This document shows positions 25,686 to 39,610 of a stretch of DNA of 64,000 nt, in pieces (position 1 is the first letter of the stretch; every line of letters starts with the position of its first letter). This stretch comes from Eledone cirrhosa (lineage: Eukaryota). The notes under the pieces were generated by a model. The model searched no databases and had not been told where the DNA came from. It saw only the letters and a program-made list of their open reading frames with translations. Location: assembly GCA_964016885.1 (NCBI GenBank), contig OZ024743.1, forward strand, positions 319,920,001 through 319,984,000, given 5' to 3'. The position numbers and the translations under genes were made by a program.

Positions 25686-25901
25686 AAAGCAAAGTTGCTG
25701 TCATCAATGGACCAAGTATAATAACTTGTGATCATCTTGCTGAGTTCGGTAACATTAAATCACAAGATCATTGTAAAGAAAAGTGTGTTGTTAATAAATG
25801 CACAGCAATGGAATACGCTCAATTTTACTCCCAATGTAGTGTCACAGACAATAAGCCAAAGAAATACAGCTTGATTGGTGATGATTTCTGGAAATTTACT
25901 G
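25686..25901 (+). CDS. Putative internal host exon encoding a PAN/apple-like cysteine domain
   Basis: Acceptor ttttattttctag, donor G|gtagat, 216 nt, phase 1-1, no stops: ESKVAVINGPSIITCDHLAEFGNIKSQDHCKEKCVVNKCTAMEYAQFYSQCSVTDNKPKKYSLIGDDFWKFT. The C-x3-C-x4-C-x11-C spacing resembles PAN domains. Confidence 0.6.
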
Positions 25902-26199
25902 GTAGATATTATATTTTTTGTTTTTCCTTTTCTTTCAATTTTGTTTTAGTTTCTTGGCGAGTGTCTTCCGGATACCTAGGGCAAAAAAGCTCACTGCATA
26001 CATTGATAAGTCATACACATATATATAACAGATTGTTCACGTCACCTACTTTCCACGGATACAAGAATATCATTTGCTTTATACATATGCACATCATGTT
26101 TAAAATTGTATTATTATTATTATTATTAATATCATTAATACTTTAAACTTTCTTTGAATTCTGCTTCTTTCGCAAATAAAGGCGAGTGATAACTTGGCA

Positions 26200-28603
26200 C
26201 CCGGGACAAAATTATACATTTGACAAGTCATACAAATTATACCACAAGGGCACCAGTTAGAAAGCTAGACGAGGCACATAGAAAAGGCATCACGACCAAT
26301 TCTTCAACCCTAAGCACGAAGGCTGCATTGCCAGAGCCAAGGCACGTGCTCTAAGACACCAGGGGATGAAAGCCGTTCAATGGGCCCGGGTGGTGAAGGC
26401 ATGGCGTGGCAACAAAGTCGTGGTCTTTGGCGCATCACAGCGAGCGCATGTTAGTCGATCCCCAGCATGTGTGCGGCCTTTCAGCTGCACTTCGTTCAAC
26501 TGTTCATGAATGAGTATTTGCGGGCAGGACCATGGAATGGACTTGAGTCCCTATGTCAAAGGCCTGCGCGATTCTCGATGACAGAGGCGGAGTGCTATGA
26601 AAATCCGATAACTGCCGTTGAAATACAGGAGGTAATGACTGGCTTCGTGAGCAAAATATCGCGGACTTATGTACGTATGCCTTACATATACGGTGACCTT
26701 TTGTCAGACGTCTACTGCAACAACTGGCATCTGAACGGAAGAATTTCCAGTTCTGTGACTTGAGGATTAGTGGCGTTGTTGAGAAACACCCTAAGAAAGG
26801 GGTCAACGTATATAATGTCAAGCCCATAACTCTGCTGAGTTATTAGAAAAAGGTTGACGCTTGTCATCGGGAGTCTGGTGGGAGAGGTGCAGACATGCAC
26901 CATTCCAAACAGATTCATCTACGACAACCTCCACCTCATGCGATACATCATGGAGAGGGGAGCTGAGGAACCTGGCACGGTTGGGGCCCTGATCAATTTA
27001 GATAATTCGAAAGCATTTGATATGGTCGACCATCAATACCTGGCGGTTGTACTCAGGGCGGCCGGCTTTGGGCCCGTTGCAGAGGGTGAGTCGCTTCCAT
27101 GCACAATGACATCAACACTGTTGTGAGAGTAGATGGCCCCCTTTCGGAACTGTTCATTATTAACCCGGAAAAGGGCGGTGAATTGGCAGTGTCGGTAGAG
27201 GGTTGGACGCTATGCTTTCTAGCATAGTTACGTCCCTTTACAGTCTGAGTTCAAATCCCGCTGAGGTTAACTTTGCCTTTCCTCCTTACGGGGTCGATAA
27301 AATAAAGTACCAGTAATGTACTTGGTAATTGCTGGTCTTGTGCCTAAAGTAGAAACAATTATTAACCCGGAAAAGTCGCTGGGCTTGCAGCTCGGTCCAT
27401 CTGCGGTCCATCTGCTGCCAGCACCCTCCACGCGGAGAGCTGGGTATGCTGTGGCTAATGATGCGCAGACATGCACTGAGGCTGCGACATCTCCAGATAT
27501 GCTGCCTAAATGGTGAACAGGTGTGGTCTCCGTTTATCAGACGGGCCTTTCCGGAGCTCGTCCCTTTGACTGAGCTGCAGTCCTGGGTCAAGAAGAGACC
27601 AAACTGGGTTACTGGCACCTAGAATGTTGCCAGGCACTCCCTGCTCTTTACCAGGCGGGCAATGCTATCAGTGGAACTTCCAATCTCGAGTTCTATAGAG
27701 GATTAGTGGTGGGTAATTGCGACGACGCACTCAGAGAGGCTCTGGGTGTCAACGAAGTCGAACTGACCAGTGTGTTCCGGAGGACTTTTGAGCCGGGACG
27801 ATGGATAACTTCCAGAAATCCTTCGCTTGGCAGTGCTACCGAGGGACACTGCCGGCTGATTCGAGATAAACTCTACAGGTATGGAAGTGTTGCCCGAGAT
27901 GTGCGCAGAGTAACGAAACCGTTCTGCACGCACTCCTCCAATGTCCGAGCATTACTGACTTGTGGAGTTATGTCGAACAGCTGTTGTCGCGTGTAGAATG
28001 GATCCGGCTATCGGCCGAGTCCATAGTAAAGATCGACCCACCGTCTTCTTTTGGCCAGGAAAGGCAGGCAATTTTTTTCTGTCTGGTGGCAGTTGCCAAA
28101 GAGGCTGTATGGTGAACCAGATTGAAAGGACTGAAGACTGACACTTTTCTCTTCGGCCAATCCCTCATCAACTTTTTCGAATTTCTCTTGGAAAGAAGGT
28201 GAGGGTGGAGAGAGAAGTGCTGCCTCCGAATACATTTGCTAAAAGGTGGATGAATATGGCCAGAATAGCCCGCGTGAGCGGGCCTACTCTGACCATCCAC
28301 CTATAGGCTGGCTAACTTGAGGAGGAAAAGGGTGCCCCTCCCACCGGTATCCTAAAAGAGCCGGGCGGTTCAGGATTAGTGGGGTACATGAGTCACCCCT
28401 GGGTCCTCCCCCTCTATTGGGGAATTTATTTTGTTATATTTATGCATAGTTTATTTTATATTTTTATATCTTCATTGTTAACTTAGTCTTGCCATTGTGC
28501 ACTTTTACTCGAGCTTATTGTAAACCCCACTGTCCCTGTCTTTATATTGTCCCCTACATGTCGGCCCTTGTGGCCAATAAATGAAATCATTATTATTATT
28601 ATT
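26200..28603 (+). mobile_element. Older, internally deleted Tx1-clade copy E with (ATT)n tail
   Basis: MCAAFQLHF, IYDNLHLMRYI, GALINLDNSKAFD and LMMRRHALRLRHL are homologous to copies A-D. Ends ggccaataaatgaaatc(att)n. Confidence 0.85.
27174..27357 (+). mobile_element. tRNA-derived SINE inserted in copy E, with 18-bp TSD
   Basis: A-box-like tggcagtgtcgg, B-box gagttcaaatcc, body ctttgcctttc..ggggtcgataaaataaagtaccagt. TSD attattaacccggaaaag at 27156-27173 and 27358-27375. Confidence 0.9.
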
Positions 28604-28680
28604 ACGAGGTCGATAAAATAAAGTACCAGTAATTCACCGGTGAATTGCTGGCCTTGTGCCAAACGTAGAAACAATTATTA
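28604..28680 (+). mobile_element. 3' half of the same SINE family
   Basis: ggtcgataaaataaagtaccagt...ggccttgtgccaaacgtagaaacaattatta. Confidence 0.85.
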
Positions 28681-28681
28681 T

Positions 28682-28833
28682 CCTAATATCACCCCTGGGG
28701 GAATTCTGTTGTTTGTTTATTTGTTTTGTTAACTTTTTTTTAGTAGATTGCTTGTAAATCCCACTGGCCTCGTCTTTGTATTGTCCTCTATGTTCTGCCC
28801 TTGTGGCCAATAATAAAGAAATCATTATTATTA
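28682..28833 (+). mobile_element. Tx1 (E-type) 3' UTR-only fragment with (ATT)n tail
   Basis: tgtaaa...ttgtcc...gcccttgtggccaataataaagaaatcattattatt; matches 28400-28600. Confidence 0.8.
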
Positions 28834-29443
28834 CTTGCAGAAAAACCACCCTTCAGGTGGTTTTCTGCTGGCATGTCTATTGTACATATTGATATTATAC
28901 GCAAATATATATGCCTGTAGATATGCTACGTCAAATAAAATCGTAATTGACAATATGCACAGAAATTGAAGAGTGTTACAATGTCTCCCGTAATCAGTAA
29001 TCCATGATACATTAAAAAAAGACGATATTATATATAAACTGCATTACGGTGAAATGTAATGAAAACGAAAAAGGAGAAAATTATCGACAGATATATAAAC
29101 GTTATGATATAACGATGTAAATATATGGCCGTTTATATAAGCGATATATGAGATAGCGTCCGTTATATCATAACCGGAAGTATTGACATTTGAAAATTTT
29201 AAAAGAAGTGAATCTTAAAATACGTAATCATTATATATAAGAATATTTATGTTTAATCAACAGCTACGAAATTTAGTACATAAATTATGTAATATTCATT
29301 CATTATTTATTCAAAGTAATCCAACTTATTTTACCAACGGGATTAAAAAATATAAAACGGACGCTGTCCCGCACTACTCCCATTATTATAGTATAGATTG
29401 TGAATTTGATATCTTAGTCACAGTCACGTATAGACACAAAAAT

Positions 29444-29670
29444 GTATAGACACAAAAAAAGATAGCACACACACACACACAAACATACACGCACACACAC
29501 ATACACACGACAGCTTTGGGGCAAGCAGAATTTGACTGCTTACTAAAACGTAGACACATAAAAGGTTAACACACACATACACACATACACACAAACACAC
29601 GACAGCTGTGGCGCAAGCAGAATTTTGACTGCTAACTAAATCGTAGACACATAAAAAGATAACACACATA
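29444..29670. repeat. ~92-bp tandem repeat (about 2.4 copies) with CA-rich spacers
   Basis: cacgacagct.tgg.gcaagcagaatttgactgct.actaaa.cgtagacacataaaa recurs at ~29506 and ~29598. Confidence 0.75.
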
Positions 29671-29907
29671 CACTAGATAACACTACACGCGACTTTGACC
29701 GGTAGGGTCATTTAGAGGGAATTGGGGGGGGGGGGGTAAGGCTGCATAGCCACACTTTCCACCATGGCCATTGGACTGCATGCCCTGCTTTCCAGGTTAC
29801 CCTTCGCCACTGGTGTGTATGTATGTGTATAAGTATGTGTATGTATATATGTGTGTATATATATATATATGCATGTATATATATATGTGTACATGTATGT
29901 ATATATG

Positions 29908-29942
<35 letters not shown>

Positions 29943-29990
29943 GTATGTATATGTATATTTGTATATATATATGTATGTATATGTGTATAT

Positions 29991-30067
<77 letters not shown>

Positions 30068-30073
30068 TATAAA

Positions 30074-30172
<99 letters not shown>

Positions 30173-30587
30173 CCGCCTAAAATAAGGGTTGCCTCCTTTG
30201 CCGAGCCCCACGTGGGGTCGGTAACGGTTATTCCTTAAATTACCAACTCGAACTAAAACCTGTTGAAAAAGTGGCTTCCTTGTTCAATCATCTTACCAGA
30301 AGCCTAACATTATTTGTGTAAGCGGACAGTACTTGATTTAGGAGTCGCAGAAACCCAAATGCTGGATTTTACCAACCATCCAGGGGTTCGGGTAAATTTT
30401 CAATCGCATATATGTTTATTTGTTTGACCCGAATTAGTTGGTCGTTTTTATGGCTCTGCGGATGATTGTTTAACCTAACGTATATTGTAGCTCTGGTTCA
30501 TCTGAATCATTGAGCGCTTGCCACACATCTGGGAAGTTGTTTTTCGTTAATTCCTAAGCCGAAATACGATTCTCGCTAATTTATATT

Positions 30588-30650
<63 letters not shown>

Positions 30651-30689
30651 ATATTAAATAAATAGAAACTATATTTACAAAACCATATT

Positions 30690-30750
30690 TATTCTATTAT
30701 ATATATTTCAAGAGTATCAAAACTTTAGTACGCTTTCATCAGATAAAATA
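30690..30750 (-). ncRNA. Type I hammerhead ribozyme
   Basis: tattttat-CTGATGA-aagcgtactaaagttttgatactctt-GAAA-tatata-TA-atagaata. Confidence 0.75.
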
Positions 30751-31726
30751 CGAAGTGCGTTTTATAAATTTTGACATAACCAAGAAAAATACCTTAACGG
30801 TTCAAGTTTTCCTTGGATTGTGAAGGGATAAGAGAAGAAAAGTCAGATATTTCAAATTATTCAGATGAGTATGCAAATGAGGTTGAGGTAAAGGGCTGAA
30901 AAAACGTTATTTTAGACGCTATGGAGAATTTAAATAATTATGATATGTGTATTTATGCGTAGGAAAGAAGAAAAAGGACGAAGAGCTTGTATTTACGTTA
31001 ATTTGAGGGAAAAGCTGGAATATGATTCCAGAGTTTAAATTTAAATTTATTTACCTATATTATGAGTTATAATATTGTATATATAATCAATTAGATTATA
31101 TGAAGAATTATGGTTGTAAGTATTTTTACCTTATTACATTACAATAGGTTATATGTATATAAATATCTATATAGATTAATAATTGTGCATGTATAAGTAT
31201 TAAAGAATTAGATATAATTTACAATTATTAGTTGTTTATATTTCTAATATGAGTTACGAAGGATTTGAATTTGTATTTTACATAAAAAAAAATAGGTGGT
31301 TCAAGTTGTGACAGGAGAACAATTTGTATATTCGAATATTTTGTTCAACATTGAAAATGCTTTCAGAATATTGCTAATTTAGCGAAGTTGTATAGATTAT
31401 TGTACATAATTTGTTTAGGTTTGTACGATTGAGAAAGGAAAGATAATTTCAATTTTGATTGTTAACCGTTAAATTTGGTGACTGATTTACTCAGAAAATA
31501 TATAGAGAAAATTATTTATTATTATGTGTGAGATTAATTATTTTAGTCGAAAGATCTGTGAAAGTTTGAATATCAAAATGAGAGGAAAAATGTAATGTGC
31601 ATTTCGAAGAACTATCGTAAAGAGGATAAATTTTCAGAATGTCAATTAAATATTATCACTCTACATCTAAAAAAATATATATTTAGAGGGGTGTCATTAG
31701 GAATAATAATGTCAGAATTTAAAATA

Positions 31727-31783
<57 letters not shown>

Positions 31784-32721
31784 TATATATATATTAAAAA
31801 AATTAATGTCAAAAGGTAAAAATATTAGAAATATAAAAAAAATTAGAAATATTAAAAATATTAAAAATATTAAAGATATAAAAACATTTTAAAAATTCAC
31901 ATTTAAAGATATGATCATTTTGAAAGTGTATAGGAATATTATAAACAAAAAATAGTTCTGAACGTGGAATTTTGGCGATGTCTGCAAGAAGAAAATAATT
32001 CTATTCTAAGATTAAGAGAGTTTTGACAGTTAATTATATAAAAAATTTCTTCGATACACAAGTTACAGAATCTTGAGAAAGTCATATTTCGGTATGCTTT
32101 CGAAATCGTTCTCCAAGATATTGAATAGTCTATATTTTTGTCTTTTAAGTTCCAAATTAGATGTGAAAGTGAAGTAGAAGATTTTTTATCGGATCTCTTA
32201 AATGTGTGTTTATGGTTAATCCAGCGTTCTTTGAATTTTGTTGAAGTGGCACCAATATAGTTAAATATTTTGTCTCTAGTTTTAACTGTGCATTTATAAA
32301 CTACGCTTTTATCTAAACAATTATTTTGTAAAGGGCAGTTTGATTTGATTCTACAGTTACATAATTCTTCATATAATCTAATTGATTATATATACAATAT
32401 TATAACTCGTAATATAGGTAAATAAATTTAAATTTAAACTCTGGAATCATATTCCACCTTTGTCCCCAAATTAACGTAAATACAAGCACTTCTTCCTTTA
32501 TCTTCTTTCCTACGTATACATACACATATCCTAATTATTTAAATTCTCATAGCGTCTAAAATAACGTTTTTTTCAGCCCTTTACCTCAACCTCATTTGCA
32601 TACTCATCTTAATAATTTAAAATATCTGACTTTTCTTCTCTTATCCCTTCACTATCCAAGGAAAACTTGAACCGTTAAGGCATTTTTCTTGGTTATGTCA
32701 AAATTCATATAACAGACTTCG

Positions 32722-32782
32722 TATTTTATCTGATGAAAGCGTACTAAAGTTTTGGTACCCTTGAAATATATATAATAGTATA
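32722..32782 (+). ncRNA. Type I hammerhead ribozyme
   Basis: tattttat-CTGATGA-aagcgtactaa agtt ttggtaccctt-GAAA-tatata-TA-atagtata. Confidence 0.75.
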
Positions 32783-32916
32783 AATATGGTTTTATAAATA
32801 TAGTTTCAAATTATTTAATATCATTGAATTTTATACTCCAGAAAATTGTCGAGTGTTCTGAATCAGTTTTAAACATTTATATTTGTTGAATTACCAACAA
32901 TTGAATATCCATTTTG

Positions 32917-32993
<77 letters not shown>

Positions 32994-33004
32994 ATATATA
33001 TGTA

Positions 33005-34190
<1,186 letters not shown>

Positions 34191-34212
34191 TACATATATA
34201 TAAATATATATT

Positions 34213-34333
<121 letters not shown>

Positions 34334-35180
34334 TAATATGTATGTTATGAAACACAGATACCAACACATCTGTATATATATAGCGAAAGAAAAATTTAGC
34401 CAGATTGAAGTATACTAATTATTATACTACAGTTTGTCCATATCGATTTAAAATAATAAATCAACGGAGACGAACTGTATTGGCAAAAGTCCGTGATGTT
34501 TAGACACATTTAAATTTCAAAATCAAACCTGTTCCGTAGATAAGTTTAGACTTTCAGATCCAAATATGTTTCGAGTTAAATAAGTGTAGGAATATCAAGT
34601 CCCGCTCTCCCCAGTAAACATCCAGAGACAAATTGATATGCTTCACTTCTAAATAATTTAAAAGACTGTGTGGCGCACATGGCTTTACAGTATCTAACTA
34701 GTCTCATAACCGTACTGCTAGAAATAACAGTCGTGTATATGAGGCGGTTTTGCAGCTCAAACTAGGAGCAGATTAAAATTAATAAGGTAATGAATTCTTT
34801 TACAATGGAATCAGCTCGAATGAGGAAAAAATATATCCCATGAGCAGTGTTTTTGCGAGTGTGTGGGAGTAAGGGCTTTATATATGTGTGTGTGAATGTG
34901 CTTATAGACACCTGACTACAGGTATTGTTGGCTTGAGAGAACCTTAAAAATGATGTGTGGCACCCCCAGTTTGAACTTGTTTATAGAATTCTTTCTGCCT
35001 TTGTTACTCTAAATATAGTTTTTAAAGAAGTCCCTTTTCTTGAAACCCATCAACCAATGACCTTCACCACCATTTCCTACCACCAGAAAAGATATAAATA
35101 CCAAGATATTACTTGGAGAGTCAGCTTCCTGATGATTTCTCACGAAGGAAACAGTTCTAGTCCTGTAGAAGCTTTTCTAT

Positions 35181-35213
<33 letters not shown>

Positions 35214-35291
35214 TATCCAGGAAGTTCCATCCGTTAAGGTTGTCTTTTTTCAGGGTATGTCAATATTTATTTATAAAACAAATCTGTATTG

Positions 35292-35357
35292 TATTTTATC
35301 TGATGAAAGCGCACCATAATTTTCCTTGGTGGCCCTTGAAATATGTATAATAAAATA
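35292..35357 (+). ncRNA. Type I hammerhead ribozyme in a short (TA)n-flanked PLE end (35215-35398)
   Basis: tattttat-CTGATGA-aagcgcacca...tggtggccctt-GAAA-tatgta-TA-ataaaata, with a perfect 8-bp stem I. Confidence 0.78.
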
Positions 35358-35398
35358 AATATGGTTTTATAAATATAGTTTCCAATTGTTAATATATA

Positions 35399-35467
<69 letters not shown>

Positions 35468-35533
35468 TCTCCTCCACATATACATCGGAGGCAATATTAA
35501 AAGTTTGCCACCAAGATATCTTTAAGTTCACAT

Positions 35534-35645
35534 AGTTCAAATTCCGCTGAGGTCAACTTTGCCTTTCATCCTTACGGGGTCGATAAAATAAAGTACCAGT
35601 AATGTACTGGTAATTGCTGGCCTTGTGCCAAAAGTAGAAACAATT
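35534..35645 (+). mobile_element. 5'-truncated SINE
   Basis: gttcaaattccgctgaggtcaactttgcctttcatccttacggggtcgataaaataaagtaccagt...agtagaaacaatt. Confidence 0.88.
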
Positions 35646-35780
35646 TTTTATATTTCTACTTGCAGCAACTTTCGATGAAATGCCTATAATGAAGAATATA
35701 ACTCAATGATTTTTCCTTTGGACTAAAAGCTTTCGCTGATTATGATTTGAAATGTTTCTTTCCTTATTCTCATATAAATA

Positions 35781-36160
35781 CAGTGCATCTTCGCTTATCC
35801 GGATATCGATTTTCAGAAATTCGATTTACCGGATGGCCATTTCTATACTACTATTTATTCATTTTTAAAAAAGTACTAACTTTTTATGGTTTAACTCAAT
35901 TCAGTTTTACCAAGTTTTTAGTTATTCTTATGTTTGTTTAATTAATTTTCCTATAAATTCTAGCAGTTCTTTTGTTATTCTAATAAACTTTCTTTACTTA
36001 GCATTTGTCTTTTATTTTGACTAAAAGAAGCCAAAACATTAGAAACCACGAGCATTATGTAACAATGGGATTTTAGAATTCACTTATCCGGATATTTCAC
36101 TTAACCGGATTTTTTTCGAACTGTTTGGTTTTGACCGTCCGGATAAGCGAAGATTCATTG
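35781..36160. mobile_element. Tc1/mariner (Tigger/pogo-like) MITE
   Basis: TIRs CAGTGCATCTTCGCTTATCCGGA / TCCGGATAAGCGAAGATTCATTG, TA on both sides, internal ttatccgga-like subterminal repeats. Confidence 0.85.
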
Positions 36161-36314
36161 TATATATATATTTATTAAAAATAGAAGTACCTGCACATAT
36201 AAATACACACATACGCACAAACACCCACTTACCCACATCTACACCAATACCCACATATAGCTATATGTGTTTGTCGGAGTGCGTATAAAATTATTATTAT
36301 GTATATTGCCTATA

Positions 36315-36534
36315 GGGCGATGGATTGGCAGTATTGGTAGAATGTCGGACACCATGCTTCGCAGCATAGAGTTACGGCACTTTACGTTCGGAGTTCAAAT
36401 CCCGCCGAGCTTAACTTTGCCTTTCATCTTTACGGGCTAAATAAATAAAGCACTAGTAATGCACTGGGGTCGATTTAATCGACTTTCCCCTCCCCTTTAA
36501 ATTGCTGGCCTTGTGCCTAAAGTAGAAACAATTA
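36315..36534 (+). mobile_element. Full-length tRNA-derived SINE
   Basis: Same family as 27174. Imperfect flanking duplication attatgtata(a)ttgcctata. Confidence 0.88.
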
Positions 36535-36711
36535 TGTATAAATTGCCTATAAATAAAATATCTCAGCATTGAAATTTGTTTTTGTCGTTTTATTCTTATT
36601 GTTGTTTTGTTTAAATCCAAAGTATCCTTGATATAGGTGAGCTGATCATTGTCCATTCCAGTATTAATCAATGTATTCTTTACAAGCCGAGTGTGTATGA
36701 TGTGGCTGCTA

Positions 36712-36985
36712 TTTCCAGCGGGTCCTCTCAGGAGCAAACTTCTTCAACTTATCCGTCTGAATCCCAAAATGAGACCAGCCAAGCTCATGGATGTTCTGCA
36801 ACCATCTTGCTTGGTGGTCTACATCTGGGACTCCTTGTGGGTCTACATTTCGGTTTTGCCAGTAAAATCTGTTCAGCGATTTATTCCTGAGACATTCTAA
36901 CCACATACCTGTAGTAACATAGTTGTGATTTGTCTTCGGAGAAGTAGCGTCTCTACCTGAAGTGACTCCCTGATTTCTGAAAACT
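36712..36985 (-). mobile_element. RTE-type LINE 3' fragment
   Basis: Reverse complement aligns to 2165-2420 (gagtcact.caggtagag...atccatga..ttggctggtc). Confidence 0.8.
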
Positions 36986-37002
36986 GCTGGAACGGATTCG
37001 GC

Positions 37003-37404
37003 AATGAGCCAGTTTCAGCATTCAGCAATCAGAAGCAGGGAGGTAGGTGTAAAAGCCAAACTCGCTATCTTCAATTCGCTATTCGCGAAAAACCTTACCT
37101 ATTGTCATGAATCTTAGGTAATGACCGAAAGAATACGATCACGAATAAAAGCGACCGTAATGGGGGTTCCTCCGAAGGGTCCTAGGAGTAATGTTACTTG
37201 ATTGTGCGTAGCTCGAAAATTAGTGAGCCACTCCAACCAGAGTCGCTAATTCTCCGAATTGAGAGATCACTGCACCGATACTATGGACATGTAGTTGGAA
37301 TGTCTAAGGAAAGAATCGCTGGACACATTCACAGGGCAAAACCAGCCGGTAGGAGACCCAGTGGCAGAAGAAAAAGAAGAAGAAGAAGAAGAAGAAGAAG
37401 AAGA
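37003..37404 (+). mobile_element. RTE-type LINE fragment ending in (GAA)n
   Basis: Aligns to 1955-2310; LRIERSLHRYYGHVVGM..ER..AKPAGRRP.GR. Confidence 0.85.
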
Positions 37405-37468
37405 TATGTTTCAATTGTGTCCGGGTTTATATACGAATACACTCACACACACACACATACACACACAC

Positions 37469-37541
<73 letters not shown>

Positions 37542-38030
37542 CATATATATGTAAACAAACATTCGACTCATTCTGACGTCACCAGCCCTGTCTTTCCACG
37601 TGTGCGTTTTATTTTTCATAATCACGCATGATGGTGAACTAGCTTGTTTTAAATTCCCTTTTTGGCATATTAATCAGTGAGAAATTTTTTGGTTATCGAG
37701 TTGAGCTCTGCTGAGGATCGAATTCCAACCGTGACCATCTCCACTAAAAGTTTTCGTTAAATAGTCTTTAAGACTATACAGAGCATTTGAAGTTTTTCCA
37801 AATTGAAGGATGAGTATTTTAAACTGTATTTTACCATGAGTTAAGGCTCTATTGATTTTTCCCTGGATTTCACTAAATTCTGTGGATGAATCTATATCAT
37901 GATTCTCTTTGAGTTGAGTTTGAATTATCTTTCCCACACCTTACGTTAACTATGTTTCCCATTTTGACGCTATAGTCACTTATATATTATGGAATACTGT
38001 GGTGGCTTTTTGTTACAATGTTTTCTATAC

Positions 38031-38112
<82 letters not shown>

Positions 38113-38384
38113 GGGAGTGTAACGTGAAGTTACTGTAGGTTCACCCTGATGACCACATTCAGGTTCACGTCAGTGGCGAGGTGTAGAGCTAGATAGAGTG
38201 TATAATAAAACAAGGACGATTTGTTAAGTCTTCATTACGTTTATTGATCACTGACGAGCGTTTCGCTATTAATTAGCCCAAGGTTCGATCTGTATCGATT
38301 TGGCCCGACTCTGGAATCAAAAACTCATCGGAACTCTGCTGTAGTAATGACAGAATGAATAAATAAGGCATATATATATATGAA

Positions 38385-38505
38385 GGCGTGTGGCTGAGTG
38401 GTTAGAGAATTGGATTCACAATCTTGAGGTTGCGAGTTCGATTCGTGGACCGGGCGATGCGTTATGTCCTTGGGCAAGACACTTAATTTCACGTTGTTCC
38501 TTCTA
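38385..38505 (+). mobile_element. tRNA-headed CORE-type SINE fragment
   Basis: A box tggctgagtgg, B box gagttcgattc, then gtccttgggcaagacacttaa resembling the CORE motif of MIR-like SINEs. Confidence 0.75.
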
Positions 38506-38629
38506 CCTGGAGTTGCGACCGATAGATAGTACTAGCAACTGGAAAGACCGACGGAAACATTGTTTCCTCGGTCCGATTTGACGAAAGTCGATCGAAAAGG
38601 ATATATATATATAGAGAGAGATATATATA

Positions 38630-39500
38630 TTTCTTTATTTGCCACAGGGGCGTACACAAATGGGACATTACAAGACGTGACGGCGGTGGTTTTACATAAA
38701 AATCATATAACTTTAACATTAATAAATAACAATAAACTATATATAATAAAATAACAATTGAAATCCCCATTCGGTTTTTTTTTGGGGGGGGGGACACGTT
38801 ACTGTGGGGTTGTTTTACACCCCGTGGATAGAACAACCCTCAATACCAGGAACACGTTTTGTAGGTGTTCTCGTCTTCCTCAACCTACAGGTTTATATAC
38901 AGAGAACGCCCATTCACTCGGGCCATTTTCGCCACATTCACCCCCCTTTCAACGAATTTACTGGGATGTAGCACATCTCTCTCCACTCCCACCTTCCTTC
39001 TGAAGTGGTACTTAAAGAAGGGGATAAGTTGTTGTCCGGAGAGAAAGGTGTTTGCCCTCAGTCCTTTTAACCTCGTCCACCATATTACCTCTTTCGCCAT
39101 AGCCACAGACAGAGGAAAACCGCCTCTCCTTCATTCTTGAATGAAGGCAGCGGGGTGATCCTCATGATGGACTCGACTGACAACTGGATGCGTCCCACGC
39201 GTGGCAATAGCTGTTCGACATAATTCCATTGGTCAGTCACACCTGGGCACTGAACAATTGCGTGCAGAACAGTTTCGAAGTCCTGCTCGCATCTTGGACA
39301 GGTCCTTTTGGCAGGATCTCTGCCAGGGCGTCCGTGCCTGTAGATTTTGTCTCGAACTGGTAGAGCTCCTCGGTAGCACTGCCAGGCCAGAGACCTCTGG
39401 AAGTTATCCATAGGCCCTGGACGGAAAGTCCTCCCAAACAGACTGGACAGTTCGTCCTCCTCCATGCTTAGAGTTTCCACGAGAACGACGTCGCACTTAT
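38630..39500 (-). mobile_element. Tx1-clade copy F (5'-truncated)
   Basis: MDNFQRSLAWQCYRGALPVR...CPRC...LYINL*. Its 5' junction abuts the (TATC)n tail of fragment G. Confidence 0.93.
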
Positions 39501-39515
39501 AGAGATAGATAGATA

Positions 39516-39598
39516 TATTTTTTTATTAGCCACAAGGGCGCACAAGAAATATAAAATATAAAACCAAATATAAAATATAAAAACAAACAATTACAACA
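39516..39598 (-). mobile_element. Tx1 3'-terminal fragment G
   Basis: Minus strand ...gcgcccttgtggctaataaaaaaata-tatctatctatc, sandwiched between two (TATC)n tracts. Confidence 0.8.
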
Positions 39599-39610
39599 GA
39601 GATAGATAGA

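Larger units (their letters stand above)
30645..32830 (-). mobile_element. Naiad-type PLE 3' fragment with inverted pseudo-LTRs (30645-31100 / 32370-32830)
   Basis: Minus strand ~32372-31960 reads CNCRIKSNCPLQNNCLDKSVVYKCTV...YIGATSTKFK...LIWNLKD...CNLCIEE...CRH. The ~460-bp arms are reverse complements and each carries a hammerhead. Confidence 0.88.

Noticed and set aside
38140-38335. Hammerhead-like pieces (ctgatga-ccac..gtgg on plus; gcta-attaa-tagc-gaaa-cgctcg-tc on minus)
   Set aside because: Neither strand has both core boxes intact with a closing stem I; at most a decayed remnant.
38385-38455. tRNA-like sequence
   Set aside because: The acceptor stem does not pair well and it runs into a CORE-like SINE body, so it is a SINE head, not a tRNA gene.
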